A program made the position numbers and the translations under genes. 64,000 nt of DNA, taken from positions 32,001 through 96,000 of the forward strand of contig CBDUPA010000016.1 in the NCBI GenBank assembly GCA_965368975.1, given 5' to 3'. The DNA is from an uncultured bacterium (GTDB lineage Bacteria; Acidobacteriota; Thermoanaerobaculia; Multivoradales; JAHZIX01). Of the stretch, positions 12,046-41,232 are shown in pieces (the first letter of the stretch is position 1; each line of letters begins with the position of its first letter). The notes beneath the pieces are model-generated. The model made no database searches and was not told the origin of the DNA. It saw only the letters and a program-made list of their open reading frames with translations.

Positions 12046-15016
12046 GGTCCGAGCTGGCGGTTTCGAAGCGGTGCAGCGCGATCTCGCGCTGATCGTCACT
12101 GGCCCGGATGCGCACGCTCGCTTGCCATTGCTCGTTGCCAGCCCACACGCGCAACTGGTAGTGCCCGGGGCTGAGCCGGCCCAGCGACAGGTGCCCGTCG
12201 TCCGAGAAGCGCATGGCGGAGGTGACGCCGGAGAGGTAGGGGGCGATGTCGACGCCGCCGGCCTGGCTGTACAGGGCGACGCCGCTGATGGCGACGCCGG
12301 AGCAGTCGCTCACGGCACAGCCGATGCGCCCGGAGGTGCCCTCGTCAAGAGCAATCCGCACCTCGGACTCGCCGCGCGCGGCATCGACCCGAATCGCCCG
12401 CGTGCCCGTCCCGGCAACGGCATCGGTCCAGGTGACGAAATACTCACCGGCGGGCAACTGCTCGAAGTGACGCCGACCGTAAGTGTCGGTCATGCCGGCG
12501 CGCACCAGCTGGCCGTCGGTGCCGAGCAGCGTCACCATGGTGCCGGAGGCAGCGCTGCCGTCCGTGCGTTCGAACAGGGTGTGCAGCGCACCGGCTTCGC
12601 TCTCTCCCAGCACCACGGTCACGGGGGCGGCTGCTTCGGCCAGGCCCACCGGAACGTCCGGCAATCTGACGGGAGAGAAGTCTTCCGCCTGCACGCGCAG
12701 ACCGTAGCTGCCGGCTTCGAGCGACGTCAGCGCGAAGGCGCCTTCGACGTCTGTGTGACCACTGTCGAGGCGCTGCCCGAGATCGTCGAGCAGGTGTACC
12801 TCGGCGTGCACGATCGGCAGACCGGAGGTGTCGAGTACGACGCCGTCGAGGTCGTGGCCGGCGAGGTCGATGCGCAGCTCGGCCGTATCCTCATCCGGGA
12901 TCAAGACGCGCCGCCGCACCGTCTGGCCGTCATAGCCGAAGAAGGTCAGTCGAGCCGGGCCGGTCGGCACGTCGTCGAGATACAGCCATCCCTCGGCGTC
13001 GACCTCACCGCTGATCTCGGTCGCCGCCAGGCCGTAGCCGTCGATGCCGTTGCCCAGGTGCGGGGCCGACACCACGACTTTGCCGCGCCGCGCCTCCGGG
13101 TCCAGCAACTCGGAGAGCAGGACGAAGCCGCCGTCGATCGGGATGCCACCGCGCGTGACGCGAGCCTCGAGGCGCACGCCGCCGAGCACCCAGGTCTTGC
13201 GCTGCGGCTCGAGCGACGCCGGGATGGCGATCTCCTGACTCAGGAGCTGGCGCAGTCCGTGTTGATAGCCGGCAATCTGGACTCTGTACAGCCCTGCCTC
13301 CAGCTGCACCGGCGGGACCCAGCCCTCGGCGTCCGTCAGGCGCTCCAGGATCGGCGTCAGCGCCGCGCGCTCCGGGTCGAACCAGCGCACCGAGACCCCG
13401 GCCAACGGCTCGCCCTGGCGGTCGACGACCTGGCCGTCGAAGGTGGCGCCAGGGCTGACGCTGCGCAAGCCCAGATCCTTGACCTCGTGCTGCGCCAGGT
13501 TGAAGCGTTCCAACGCCGGAGCGTGGCTGCTGTGGCGGGCGCGCAGTTCGTAGCGTCCCGGTGACAGCCCACCGAGCAGGAAGTGTCCGCGCGCGTCGGT
13601 GACCGCCTGGTAGCTCTGCTGCTGGCCGAGTTGCGCCAGGGCTGCAGTGCCCTGCGGCAATAACTCCACCAGGCTACCGGCGACCGGATGACCGTTGACT
13701 TGGTGGACCAAGGTGCCCCGCACGGCGGCGCCGAGGTCCAGGCCGACCACGCCCAAGTCGTAGACCTCGCGTGGCCCGACGTACACCTCGGGCAGGCGGA
13801 ACTCGCGGTAGTTCTTCGCGCCGATGGCGATCTGGTAGGTGCCGTCACTCGGCAGGTCGATACGGAAGGTTCCCTCGTGCGTCTCCACCTCTTGTCGCCA
13901 GGTGCGCTTGGAACCCGCGTCATGGACCTTGGTCAGCTTCAGTGTCACCGTTTCCAGCGGTGTGCTGTCCAGTGCCAGGGCCGTCCCCGTCAGCTGCTCG
14001 CCTGGCGTCAACCGCACCTCGACGTTGGCCGCGCGTCGCTTGTGGCGCACCGGTACCGAGCCCTGGCGGAAGCCGTGCGCCGTGACCGTCAGCTCGGCGG
14101 GCAGTGCAGCGACGGGCAGGACGAACGAGCCATCGGCCTGGCTCGAGGTCTCGGCACCCAGAGGTCCGCGTATCTTCGCATCGACCACGGCAGAACCGGT
14201 GTGATCGAGAATGCGACCTCGAATAGGTTGACCCGCAGGCAGCTCGAGCACGCTAGAAGCCTCCGTGCCCGGCTCGACCGCTTGCTGGTAGAGCGGTGCT
14301 CGTCCTTCTGCCAGCACCAGCACGTTCACCGGCCGCTCGGGCAGTCCGGCGAGGGAGAAGCGGCCCGCTTCGAAGTCTGTGCACCGCTCCCAGCTCTTCG
14401 ACGGCTGCCCGGCGGGTTGCGCGTCGGTGGTCGCGGGCTCGCTCCAGGAGGCACAAACCCGCCCGTGCAGCGGAGTCGGTGGTGGCGGTGCGGTCGCCTC
14501 CAGCTCGATGCGCCCTTCCCACGTGACGCCCCTGTAGAGGAAGATGGGCGTCGAGTCGGCGCCGGAGCGGTGTTGCACGAACGGCGCAAAGTCCGGGTGG
14601 TCGACGCGTACCACGAGGTCGTCGAGATGCGGCAGCGCGAAGTCCAGCCTTCCGTCTTCCAGCGTCTTGCCGGTCAGCTTGGCCTTGGTGTGGAGTTGGC
14701 TCAGCAGGTCGTGTCCCGCAATGGGAATGCGCACCTCCACGACGGCACCTTCTACCTGGCCCGTTGAACTCAGGACTTGCAGGCCGGCGAGCGTCGGAGC
14801 GCTACCGTATTCCTCTGGGGCTGGCTCCGGTTCCGGGGCTGGTTCTGGCGTTACCGGCAGCGCGGAAGCTGCCAACAGCGCCACAAGCAGCCCACGCCGC
14901 AGCCGGGCTCGCAGCGGGTGTCGCTGGCCGGTGCGTTTCGCCGGGAGTGTCGAGAGGGGACTAGGCATCGGATTCGAGGGGTCGAGTGAACGACCTCGCC
15001 GAGCTGACCTCTTCAT
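11927..15016 (-). CDS. Large secreted protein with tandem carboxypeptidase-regulatory-like (CarboxypepD_reg-type beta-sandwich) repeats
   Basis: Signal-like LLVALLAASALP; repeated G-x-V-x-D..G..P..GA.V...TD..G.F.L..L.PG.Y units. Start uncertain (15022, 15016 or 14968); 3' end overlaps hisIE convergently. Confidence 0.7.
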   Translation of the reverse strand: MKRSARRGRSLDPSNPMPSPLSTLPAKRTGQRHPLRARLRRGLLVALLAASALPVTPEPAPEPEPAPEEYGSAPTLAGLQVLSSTGQVEGAVVEVRIPIAGHDLLSQLHTKAKLTGKTLEDGRLDFALPHLDDLVVRVDHPDFAPFVQHRSGADSTPIFLYRGVTWEGRIELEATAPPPPTPLHGRVCASWSEPATTDAQPAGQPSKSWERCTDFEAGRFSLAGLPERPVNVLVLAEGRAPLYQQAVEPGTEASSVLELPAGQPIRGRILDHTGSAVVDAKIRGPLGAETSSQADGSFVLPVAALPAELTVTAHGFRQGSVPVRHKRRAANVEVRLTPGEQLTGTALALDSTPLETVTLKLTKVHDAGSKRTWRQEVETHEGTFRIDLPSDGTYQIAIGAKNYREFRLPEVYVGPREVYDLGVVGLDLGAAVRGTLVHQVNGHPVAGSLVELLPQGTAALAQLGQQQSYQAVTDARGHFLLGGLSPGRYELRARHSSHAPALERFNLAQHEVKDLGLRSVSPGATFDGQVVDRQGEPLAGVSVRWFDPERAALTPILERLTDAEGWVPPVQLEAGLYRVQIAGYQHGLRQLLSQEIAIPASLEPQRKTWVLGGVRLEARVTRGGIPIDGGFVLLSELLDPEARRGKVVVSAPHLGNGIDGYGLAATEISGEVDAEGWLYLDDVPTGPARLTFFGYDGQTVRRRVLIPDEDTAELRIDLAGHDLDGVVLDTSGLPIVHAEVHLLDDLGQRLDSGHTDVEGAFALTSLEAGSYGLRVQAEDFSPVRLPDVPVGLAEAAAPVTVVLGESEAGALHTLFERTDGSAASGTMVTLLGTDGQLVRAGMTDTYGRRHFEQLPAGEYFVTWTDAVAGTGTRAIRVDAARGESEVRIALDEGTSGRIGCAVSDCSGVAISGVALYSQAGGVDIAPYLSGVTSAMRFSDDGHLSLGRLSPGHYQLRVWAGNEQWQASVRIRASDDQREIALHRFETASSDLSASSAPRDAAVTATLPPPPRRPTHAAIPTSGTASLRPR

Positions 15017-15590
15017 AGACATCGTCCTCTGATGCCGTCTGGGGGACGCTGCGTAGCAAGAGCAGGCGTCCGGGGTGGTCCCAGACTTCGATTCGTGGGT
15101 GGGGGCCCTCGACTCTAGCAGTTTCGAAATCTGCTGGCGAGACGTGGACCACATCGCCTGGAACAGTACTTCCGTACAGGGTCGATATCTCGGCTCCTCG
15201 GGGTAAGACCGTGTAGATCTTGATATCCGGATACTCTCGTTCGACACGCAGCAACGCCCGCGCGATCTGGAGCTCGTGGGGTGTGCAGTCTTGGAGCCGC
15301 GGGTGGAAGAAGACCGTCATGCGGTTCTGGGGGATCAAGGAACCGAGGGCGTGCGGCAACGAGTCGAGAGCTCGGGCAGCAAGTTGGCCCGCGCTGGGCT
15401 GGCCCGTGCTGGGCGGACTGGGCGATTCGGAGCGGGTGAGCAGGGCTCCCGCCTGGAAACTGCCCCAGGTCAGCAAGCCGAGCGCGGCGAGTCCCAACAG
15501 CCAGAGGCGGCCCGTCACCAGCTGCCGAGCCCCGCCAGAGGTAGCCCCGCTAGAAGTAGACGCGCTAGTTGCAGACCGGACCATCGCCAT
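14961..15590 (-). CDS. Membrane-anchored hypothetical protein, possibly a thioredoxin-like fold lacking full CxxC
   Basis: N-terminal TM segment (LWLLGLAALGLLTW); VFFHPRLQDCTPHE followed later by a HPRIEVWD..G motif; overlaps both neighbours, as in an operon. Confidence 0.55.
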   Translation of the reverse strand: MAMVRSATSASTSSGATSGGARQLVTGRLWLLGLAALGLLTWGSFQAGALLTRSESPSPPSTGQPSAGQLAARALDSLPHALGSLIPQNRMTVFFHPRLQDCTPHELQIARALLRVEREYPDIKIYTVLPRGAEISTLYGSTVPGDVVHVSPADFETARVEGPHPRIEVWDHPGRLLLLRSVPQTASEDDVYEEVSSARSFTRPLESDA

Positions 15591-16773
15591 CCTCCCGGAG
15601 TGCTGGGTTGGTGGGATCTTCGACCCACGGCGTCGGCACCAAGACCATGCTCTTGATCTCGTGCTGCGCGACTTCGTTCACCGGTCCCTTCTCGATCAAA
15701 GCCCACTGCTGGCTGCCGGGTGCGAGCAGCAGATGCTCGGTCTGCGTCGGCAGGGTCAGGGAGCGGACCAGCTCGTCGGCCTCCGGATCGATCTGGTGGA
15801 GTCGCCATGTGGTCTTGTAGCCGTCCTCCGTGCGGAGTGGATCGCGGGTCAGCAGGTAGAGGTAAGCGCCGTGGCCGTAGAGGGCGACGGGGATGGACTG
15901 CCGCTGGACGAACTTCAGCCGTAGGGCGGTACCGAGTGCATTGCCTGGCGTGTTGGGGAGAGGTGTCAGCTTTTCGTAGCCGGCAGGGAAGACCTCCAAG
16001 GCTTGCACGGTTGGGGATAGCCGGTAGAGCTGGGATGGATTCCCGAAGACGAGGCCATAGATCTTGCCATCTGAGATCGCGGTTGAAGGGCCAGCCATCC
16101 GTTGATAACGGGCCTCGACGTCCATCGGGTCCTCCGAGAAGGCGACCGCAAGATCCAGGAACTCTGGACTCTCGCCCAGGGAGAAGCGTGCGAACCCAGT
16201 CTTGTCTTCTCCGTCAAGTTTCAGGTACGCCCTGGATACCAAGTGAGTACCGTTCCAGATCCGACCGACTGCCGATACATGTTCCAGGCGAGGAAACTGC
16301 TCGGCACTCAACCGCACCGAGCGCGTTCCCTGAAACTCGTTGTTCAACCAAATGGAGTGATTGCCGCTCTCGTGAATGACGAGGTCGCCGTTCGAGAAGC
16401 TCTGCACAACGTGTGGCCTGGTGAATTCATAGGGACCCAGACCAGGGTTGGCGATGAACTCCATGTATCGCCCGGTATCGTCGTAGACGAAGACCTTGCC
16501 CTCTAGTGGCCCAGCCACGAAGAGCCGCCCGTCGACGGACCAAGCCGCTGAGTAGGAAAAGCTAGGGCTCTGCTCCAGGGCGACGCGATGACACGGTAAA
16601 GCTGTGTCTTCCACTTCTGCAGTCAGGGCGGCTGCCTGATTCGGCAGGCCGAGCAGGAAGAAGCCGACCGTCGCAAGGCCCAAAGTAGACCTACGACGTG
16701 ACCCGAACCGCAAGTCAGAGGGTTGGTCCGGCTTGGGACCAGAGGCAGGAGCCTCGTTGGTGTCCATTCTCAA
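15565..16773 (-). CDS. Secreted beta-propeller-like (6-bladed/NHL-like) protein
   Basis: Signal peptide (RRRSTLGLATVGFFLLG..AAA); KVFVYDDTGRY..PGLGPYEFTRP resembles the GxGPGEF propeller motif. Confidence 0.6.
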   Translation of the reverse strand: MRMDTNEAPASGPKPDQPSDLRFGSRRRSTLGLATVGFFLLGLPNQAAALTAEVEDTALPCHRVALEQSPSFSYSAAWSVDGRLFVAGPLEGKVFVYDDTGRYMEFIANPGLGPYEFTRPHVVQSFSNGDLVIHESGNHSIWLNNEFQGTRSVRLSAEQFPRLEHVSAVGRIWNGTHLVSRAYLKLDGEDKTGFARFSLGESPEFLDLAVAFSEDPMDVEARYQRMAGPSTAISDGKIYGLVFGNPSQLYRLSPTVQALEVFPAGYEKLTPLPNTPGNALGTALRLKFVQRQSIPVALYGHGAYLYLLTRDPLRTEDGYKTTWRLHQIDPEADELVRSLTLPTQTEHLLLAPGSQQWALIEKGPVNEVAQHEIKSMVLVPTPWVEDPTNPALREDGDGPVCN

Positions 16774-16782
16774 AAGCTGGAA

Positions 16783-17001
16783 TCAGGTCTGCTGCAGGGG
16801 GCCGCTTGGGCAAGCGATACTGACTCCCGAACAGTCGACGTGGCTGCCTCCGACACAGTCGAGGTTTCCATCGTCCCAAGTTCCTTCCCACTCGATCGTG
16901 GTGCAGCCTTGTTGGCTCTCGACTTGGGTGGGGACAAAGAAGAAGATGGCGGCCACGGCCACGACCAAGCCAACGAGGATGAGCTTGCGCGTTGTTTTCA
17001 T
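16783..17001 (-). CDS. Small secreted Cys-rich peptide (72 aa)
   Basis: AAGGAG SD; Sec-type signal MKTTRKLILVGLVVAVAAIFFFVPTQVES; mature part has 4 Cys; first gene of the four-gene unit. Confidence 0.7.
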   Translation of the reverse strand: MKTTRKLILVGLVVAVAAIFFFVPTQVESQQGCTTIEWEGTWDDGNLDCVGGSHVDCSGVSIACPSGPLQQT

Positions 17002-17051
17002 GAAGATGCTCCTTGTGTCAGGGCTCTTGGTGAAAGGAAAGAATTTCGACG

Positions 17052-17080
17052 ACGCTACCTTGTGAGATTGCTGTTGTCAA
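17052..17080 (-). promoter_or_regulatory. Putative sigma70 promoter for the peptide operon
   Basis: Minus strand TTGACA (17080-17075), 17 nt, TAGCGT (17057-17052) in an AT-richer intergenic region ~50 nt before ATG 17001. Confidence 0.55.
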
Positions 17081-17133
17081 CTATTCAATTGTGATGCCAA
17101 GAATCGATGGGTGTGAGGCCCAGGTGGCACGAA

Positions 17134-36534
<19,401 letters not shown>

Positions 36535-36592
36535 ACCGGCATCCTCACCCGTGGAGGTGCGCCAATCAACCCCCTATCCGCAGAGGGACACG

Positions 36593-39500
36593 TCAGGCGC
36601 CGGCCGGGGCCGCATTCGGACTGTTCGCCATCTCCTTGAGCCGCTTCAGGTGCTCCAGGCTGTCCATCACCTCGTTGACGCTGACACCGAAGTCGAGCAG
36701 GCAGCCGAGGTCGGTGACGCCGGAGGCGCGCATGGTGTTGACCAGGTCCATGCAGCTTTCCGGTGTGCCCATCAGCGAGGCGGTGTGGAAATAGCGCTCG
36801 AATTCCATCTCCAGCAGCTGGTTGAGGTCGTCCTCGTTGATCGCGGCGTCGTTGAACTCGTCGCCGGAGACGCTGCGTGCCAGCTCGCGCAGCAGGTTGG
36901 TGTGCGAGCGCAGGTAGTCGATGAAGGGCTGGCGGGCGGTGTCCATGACCTTCTGCATGTCGTCGCCGAGGAAGGCGTGCATCATCACCGACACCTGGCC
37001 GGTCGCGGGATCGAACCCGCTGGCGGCACGAGTGTCCCGGTAGAGCTGCACCCGATCCTTCACCACGTCGAGCGTCAGGCCAATCATGGAGGTCAGGACG
37101 TGACCGCCGATCTGGGCCGTGCGTTCGAAGGTGCCCGGCGTCGAGGCGCAGGTCACCCAGGTCACCATTTCCTTTTGCACCGGTGTCGGATAGACGCGCA
37201 CGTCGATCTCACGGCCGACGCCGTTGGGTCCGTGGAAGGTCTCTCCACGCCACAGACGCTGCATGGTCTGGATTTTGTCGAACATCAGCTCGCGGCGGTT
37301 CTGGAAGGCCTCCGGGTTGAACAGGAAGTCGTCCGGGTGGAAGCCCGAGGCGAAGCTGACTTCGGCACGCCCGTGGCTGAGGTTGTCGACCACCGCCCAT
37401 TCCTCGGTGATCTTGACCGGATGGTGCATGGGCAGGACGACGCTTCCCGAGCGCACCTTGATGTTCTCGGTGACCATGGCGATGGCACCGGCGAGCACGG
37501 CCGGGGCCGGATACAGGCTGCCGAAGTTGTTGAAGTGACGCTCGGGCGTCCAGATCGCCGAGAAGCCGTTGGCATCGGCCCACTTGGCGGCCTCGAGGAT
37601 CAGCTCGTACTTGTTGTCCGGGAACATATCTTCGTCGCCGGAGAAGAAGAACAGGCTGAAGTCCATCGGCTGCGGGTGAGCGCCTTGCGGGGCGCTGGCG
37701 GCCTGCGGTGCCGGGGCGGGTGTCGAGACCTGGACGGTCGCCTGTGGAGGAGCGGCCTGCTGTGATGGGGCTGGCTGTTGGGCCGCCGGTGCCGGTGCTG
37801 GCGCCGCCGGTGCGGGCTCCGGTTCGGAGGCCGCCGGCACCTCGGCACCGCTCAGCGTCGCCTCGATCTCGTCGGCGCTCATGCCTTCGATTTCCTCCAG
37901 CAGCTTCAGCTGATCGGCCAGGTCCGGCGACTCGTTCTCGATGATCTGCGCCAGCTCTTCGATGGTCGGCGACTCGAAGAAGGTGCGCACGTTCAGTTTG
38001 ACCTGGAACACCTCCTGGATGCGCGAGATCACCTGCAGGGCGACCAGCGAGTTGCCGCCGAGGGCGAAGAAGTTCTGGCGGATACCGATGCCCTGGGCGC
38101 CCAGGACGTTCTCCCACATGTCGACCAGCACTTCCTGGATCTCGTTCTCGGGAGCCACAAAGTCCTGGTCGTAGTTGTCGATCGAGTAGCGCTTGGCGAC
38201 GTAGGAGTCCTTGCCCCCTTCTTTGCTGCTGTCGTTGCCACTGGCGGGGAGTACGGCGTCCGGTTCCTTGGCGGCGACCGGTGCGGGAGCAGCCGCCGGT
38301 GCGGGTGCCTGCGGCGGCGGGGCCACCGGGGCGGCCGGTGCCGGTGCGGGGGCGGGTGCCGGTGCGGGAGCGCTCTGGGGTAGCGATGCGGCGCCCAGTT
38401 GCGGCTGCACACCACCGCTGGCGGCCTGCAGATCCCGGACGTCGATGACGTACCGCTGGCGCTCGTAGGGGTAGCCGGGCAGCGGCACCTTGCGCCGCTT
38501 CTGGTCCTCGTTGAATGCCTGCCAGTCGAGGTCGACACCGGCGCACCACAGGGTGCCCAGGGCCTTGAGCAGGTAGGAGTCGTCGGCCTCCGGGTCGCGC
38601 GGGTGCGGCAGGCTGGAGTGCACCGCGTGCTTGCTCTCGTCGCGCCCGGCGTGCTGGCTGGCGAGGGTGGTCAGGGCGGTACCCGGACCGACCTCGAGCA
38701 GCAATAGCGCTTCCTTCTCGAACAGCGTGGCGATGCCGTCGCCGAAGCGCACTGTCTCGCGCAGGTGGCGTACCCAGTAGTCGAGATTCTGCACTTCTTC
38801 GGCACCGATCCAGGTGCCGGTCAGCGTCGATACGTAGCGGCTCTCGGGGGCGTTGAGGGTGACGCCGGCCACCGCTTGGCGGAAGCTGTCGAGGATCGGA
38901 TCCATGGCCGACGAGTGGAAGGCGTGCGAAGTGTGGAGGTCGCGCGCCTCGACGCCCAGGCCGTCGAGCTTGGTCTTGAGCGCCGCCACCGCGTCGGCGG
39001 GGCCGGAGACCACGCACTGGCCGGGCGCGTTGACCGCCGCCAGTGCCAGGTCACCGGTGAGGTGCGCCTGCAGGTCCGCCTCGGCCATCGGCACCGACAG
39101 CATGGCGCCGCCGGGCAGGTCCTTCATCAGCTGGATGCGCGCCGACACCAGGGCAATGGCGTCTTCGAGCGACAGCACACCGGCCTGGTGGGCGGCGGCA
39201 TACTCGCCGATCGAGTGGCCGATCATGGCGCCGAAGTTTACGCCCCACGACTTCCACAGCTCGGCCAGCGCGGTCTCGACGGTGAACAGCGCCGACTGCG
39301 CGTACTCGGTCTGCTGCAGCTTGGCGCCGGCGGTTTCTTCGTCTTCCATGGTCAGGGCGCCGCCGCCGGTGGGGTAGACGGCCTGCACGAGGTCGAAGTC
39401 CGGCACCGCGCCCGAGCCGAGGCCGCCGAGCTGTGCCTGGAACAGTGCCGCGCACTGGTCGAAGGCCTGGCGGAACACCGGCTCGCCCTGGTAGAGGCGA

Positions 39501-41155
39501 GCGGCCATGTTCGGATGCTGGCTGCCCTGGCCCGAGAACATCAGCGCCACCGACGGCTTGCGGCCGCGGTAGCGGGCCTCGACGCTGCGGCTGGCCATGC
39601 CACCGCGCAGCGCCGCGATGGCGTCCTGGTGCTCACGGCAGACGATGGCGCGCCGCTGCTCGAAGGCACGGCGGCCGACCTGCAGCGAGTAGGCGACATC
39701 GGCCAGGTTCAGGTTCGGGTGGCGCTCCAGGTGGTCGGCCAGCTGCTGGCCTTGCGCCGCCAGGGTGCTGGGCGAGCGCGCCGACACCAGGAATAGCTTG
39801 TGCGCCTTGCCAGCGTCGGTGCCCGGCCGCGCAGGCGCTTCCTCGATCACCGCGTGAGCGTTGGTGCCGCCGAAGCCAAACGAGCTGACGCCCGCCATGC
39901 GCTTCTTGCCCGGCGTCCAGTCCATCAGCTCGGTGTTGACGAAGAACGGGCTGTTGTCGAAGTCGATGCGCGGGTTCGGGCGGCGATAGTGCAGAGTCGG
40001 CGGGATGGCGTTGTTGTAGACGCTAAGCGCCGCCTTGATGAAGCCGGCGACGCCGGAGGCCACTTCGGTGTGGCCGATGTTGCTCTTGACCGAACCGATC
40101 GGCACCGAGTGACGCGCGACGCGCTTGCCGAACGCCTTGTTGAGGGCGCTGACTTCGATCGGGTCGCCCAGGGTGGTGGCGGTGGCGTGGCCCTCGACGA
40201 AGCCGATGTCCGACGGTTCGACGCCGGCCGCGGCCAGTGCCTCGACGATCACCTGTGCCTGACCCTTGACGCTCGGGGCGGTGTACCCGACCTTGTCCGA
40301 GCCATCGTTGTTGAGCGCCGAGCCGCGCACCACGCAGTAGATGTGGTCGCCGTCTTCGAGCGCGTCGTCCAGGCGTTTGAGCGCCACCACGCCGACCGCG
40401 TTGCCGAACACCGTGCCCTCGGCCTCGGCGTCGAACGGTTTGCAGTGGCCGTCGGGGCTCAGGATGCCGCCTTCGGTGTAGTGGTAGCCGTGGTCGCTCG
40501 GCAGGCTCTGCGACACCGCGCCCGCCAGCGCCAGGTCGCATTCACCGTTGAGCAGGTTCTGGCACGCGACATGGATGGCCACCAGCGAGGTCGAGCAGCC
40601 GGTCTGGATGGTCAGGCCGGGCCCGGTGAGGTCGAGCTTGTAGTTGACGCGGGTGGTCACCGAGTCCTTCTCGTTGCTGACCGTGAACAGCGTCGTGTCG
40701 ACGCCCATGGCGTGCAGCTGTTCCTGGTAGGGGTACAGGCCCAGCATGTAGTGGCTCATGGTGATGCCGCCGTAGACGCCCACCTTGCCATCGAAGCGCA
40801 CGGTGTCGCAGCCAGCGTCTTCCAGGGCGTGCCAGGCGGTCTCCAGGAAGCAGCGTTGCTGCGGGTCGATCACCTCGGCCTCGCGCGGCGAGTAGCCGAA
40901 GAAGCCGGCGTCGAAGTGATCCATGTTCGGGATCACGCCGTGCACCGGCACGAAGTTGGGCTTCTTGAAAACCTCAGGCGAGACGCCCGCCGCCACCAGC
41001 TCTTCTTCGCTGAAGCGGTGCAGACCCTCCACGCCGTCGCGCAGCATGCGCCAGTATTCTTCCGCGGTCTCGGCGCCGGGGAAGCGGCAGGCGATACCGA
41101 CTACCGCGACTTCGCTGCCTTCGAATTCCAGGTCATCATCATGTTCGTCGTGCAT
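36593..41155 (-). CDS. Type I PKS KS-AT-ACP fused to a luciferase-like monooxygenase (MupA/Atu3671-type LLM)
   Basis: KS QTGCSTSL/HATAT/NIGH; AT GHSIG and HAFH (malonyl type); ACP GGNSL; C-terminal MDFSLFFF..WTPERHF LLM domain; ATG 41155 after GAGGA. Confidence 0.92.
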   Translation of the reverse strand: MHDEHDDDLEFEGSEVAVVGIACRFPGAETAEEYWRMLRDGVEGLHRFSEEELVAAGVSPEVFKKPNFVPVHGVIPNMDHFDAGFFGYSPREAEVIDPQQRCFLETAWHALEDAGCDTVRFDGKVGVYGGITMSHYMLGLYPYQEQLHAMGVDTTLFTVSNEKDSVTTRVNYKLDLTGPGLTIQTGCSTSLVAIHVACQNLLNGECDLALAGAVSQSLPSDHGYHYTEGGILSPDGHCKPFDAEAEGTVFGNAVGVVALKRLDDALEDGDHIYCVVRGSALNNDGSDKVGYTAPSVKGQAQVIVEALAAAGVEPSDIGFVEGHATATTLGDPIEVSALNKAFGKRVARHSVPIGSVKSNIGHTEVASGVAGFIKAALSVYNNAIPPTLHYRRPNPRIDFDNSPFFVNTELMDWTPGKKRMAGVSSFGFGGTNAHAVIEEAPARPGTDAGKAHKLFLVSARSPSTLAAQGQQLADHLERHPNLNLADVAYSLQVGRRAFEQRRAIVCREHQDAIAALRGGMASRSVEARYRGRKPSVALMFSGQGSQHPNMAARLYQGEPVFRQAFDQCAALFQAQLGGLGSGAVPDFDLVQAVYPTGGGALTMEDEETAGAKLQQTEYAQSALFTVETALAELWKSWGVNFGAMIGHSIGEYAAAHQAGVLSLEDAIALVSARIQLMKDLPGGAMLSVPMAEADLQAHLTGDLALAAVNAPGQCVVSGPADAVAALKTKLDGLGVEARDLHTSHAFHSSAMDPILDSFRQAVAGVTLNAPESRYVSTLTGTWIGAEEVQNLDYWVRHLRETVRFGDGIATLFEKEALLLLEVGPGTALTTLASQHAGRDESKHAVHSSLPHPRDPEADDSYLLKALGTLWCAGVDLDWQAFNEDQKRRKVPLPGYPYERQRYVIDVRDLQAASGGVQPQLGAASLPQSAPAPAPAPAPAPAAPVAPPPQAPAPAAAPAPVAAKEPDAVLPASGNDSSKEGGKDSYVAKRYSIDNYDQDFVAPENEIQEVLVDMWENVLGAQGIGIRQNFFALGGNSLVALQVISRIQEVFQVKLNVRTFFESPTIEELAQIIENESPDLADQLKLLEEIEGMSADEIEATLSGAEVPAASEPEPAPAAPAPAPAAQQPAPSQQAAPPQATVQVSTPAPAPQAASAPQGAHPQPMDFSLFFFSGDEDMFPDNKYELILEAAKWADANGFSAIWTPERHFNNFGSLYPAPAVLAGAIAMVTENIKVRSGSVVLPMHHPVKITEEWAVVDNLSHGRAEVSFASGFHPDDFLFNPEAFQNRRELMFDKIQTMQRLWRGETFHGPNGVGREIDVRVYPTPVQKEMVTWVTCASTPGTFERTAQIGGHVLTSMIGLTLDVVKDRVQLYRDTRAASGFDPATGQVSVMMHAFLGDDMQKVMDTARQPFIDYLRSHTNLLRELARSVSGDEFNDAAINEDDLNQLLEMEFERYFHTASLMGTPESCMDLVNTMRASGVTDLGCLLDFGVSVNEVMDSLEHLKRLKEMANSPNAAPAGA

Positions 41156-41232
41156 CTTTCCAATCCTCAAGTCAGGTCAAACAAGGTACGGCGTCGGTTC
41201 GCTGTCGAATCAGGGTGGCGTTTCTGGCTGCC

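Noticed and set aside
15017-15247. N-terminal extension of the 1106-aa ORF
   Set aside because: Overlaps the upstream 209-aa gene on the same strand; the signal-like segment lies further downstream
17083-17099. Sigma54-like TGGCA motif upstream of the peptide gene
   Set aside because: The -12 element reads TTGA rather than TTGC; a better sigma70 match lies adjacent
38270-38375. CCGGTGC-type repeats in the PKS
   Set aside because: Encode an ordinary Pro/Ala-rich interdomain linker
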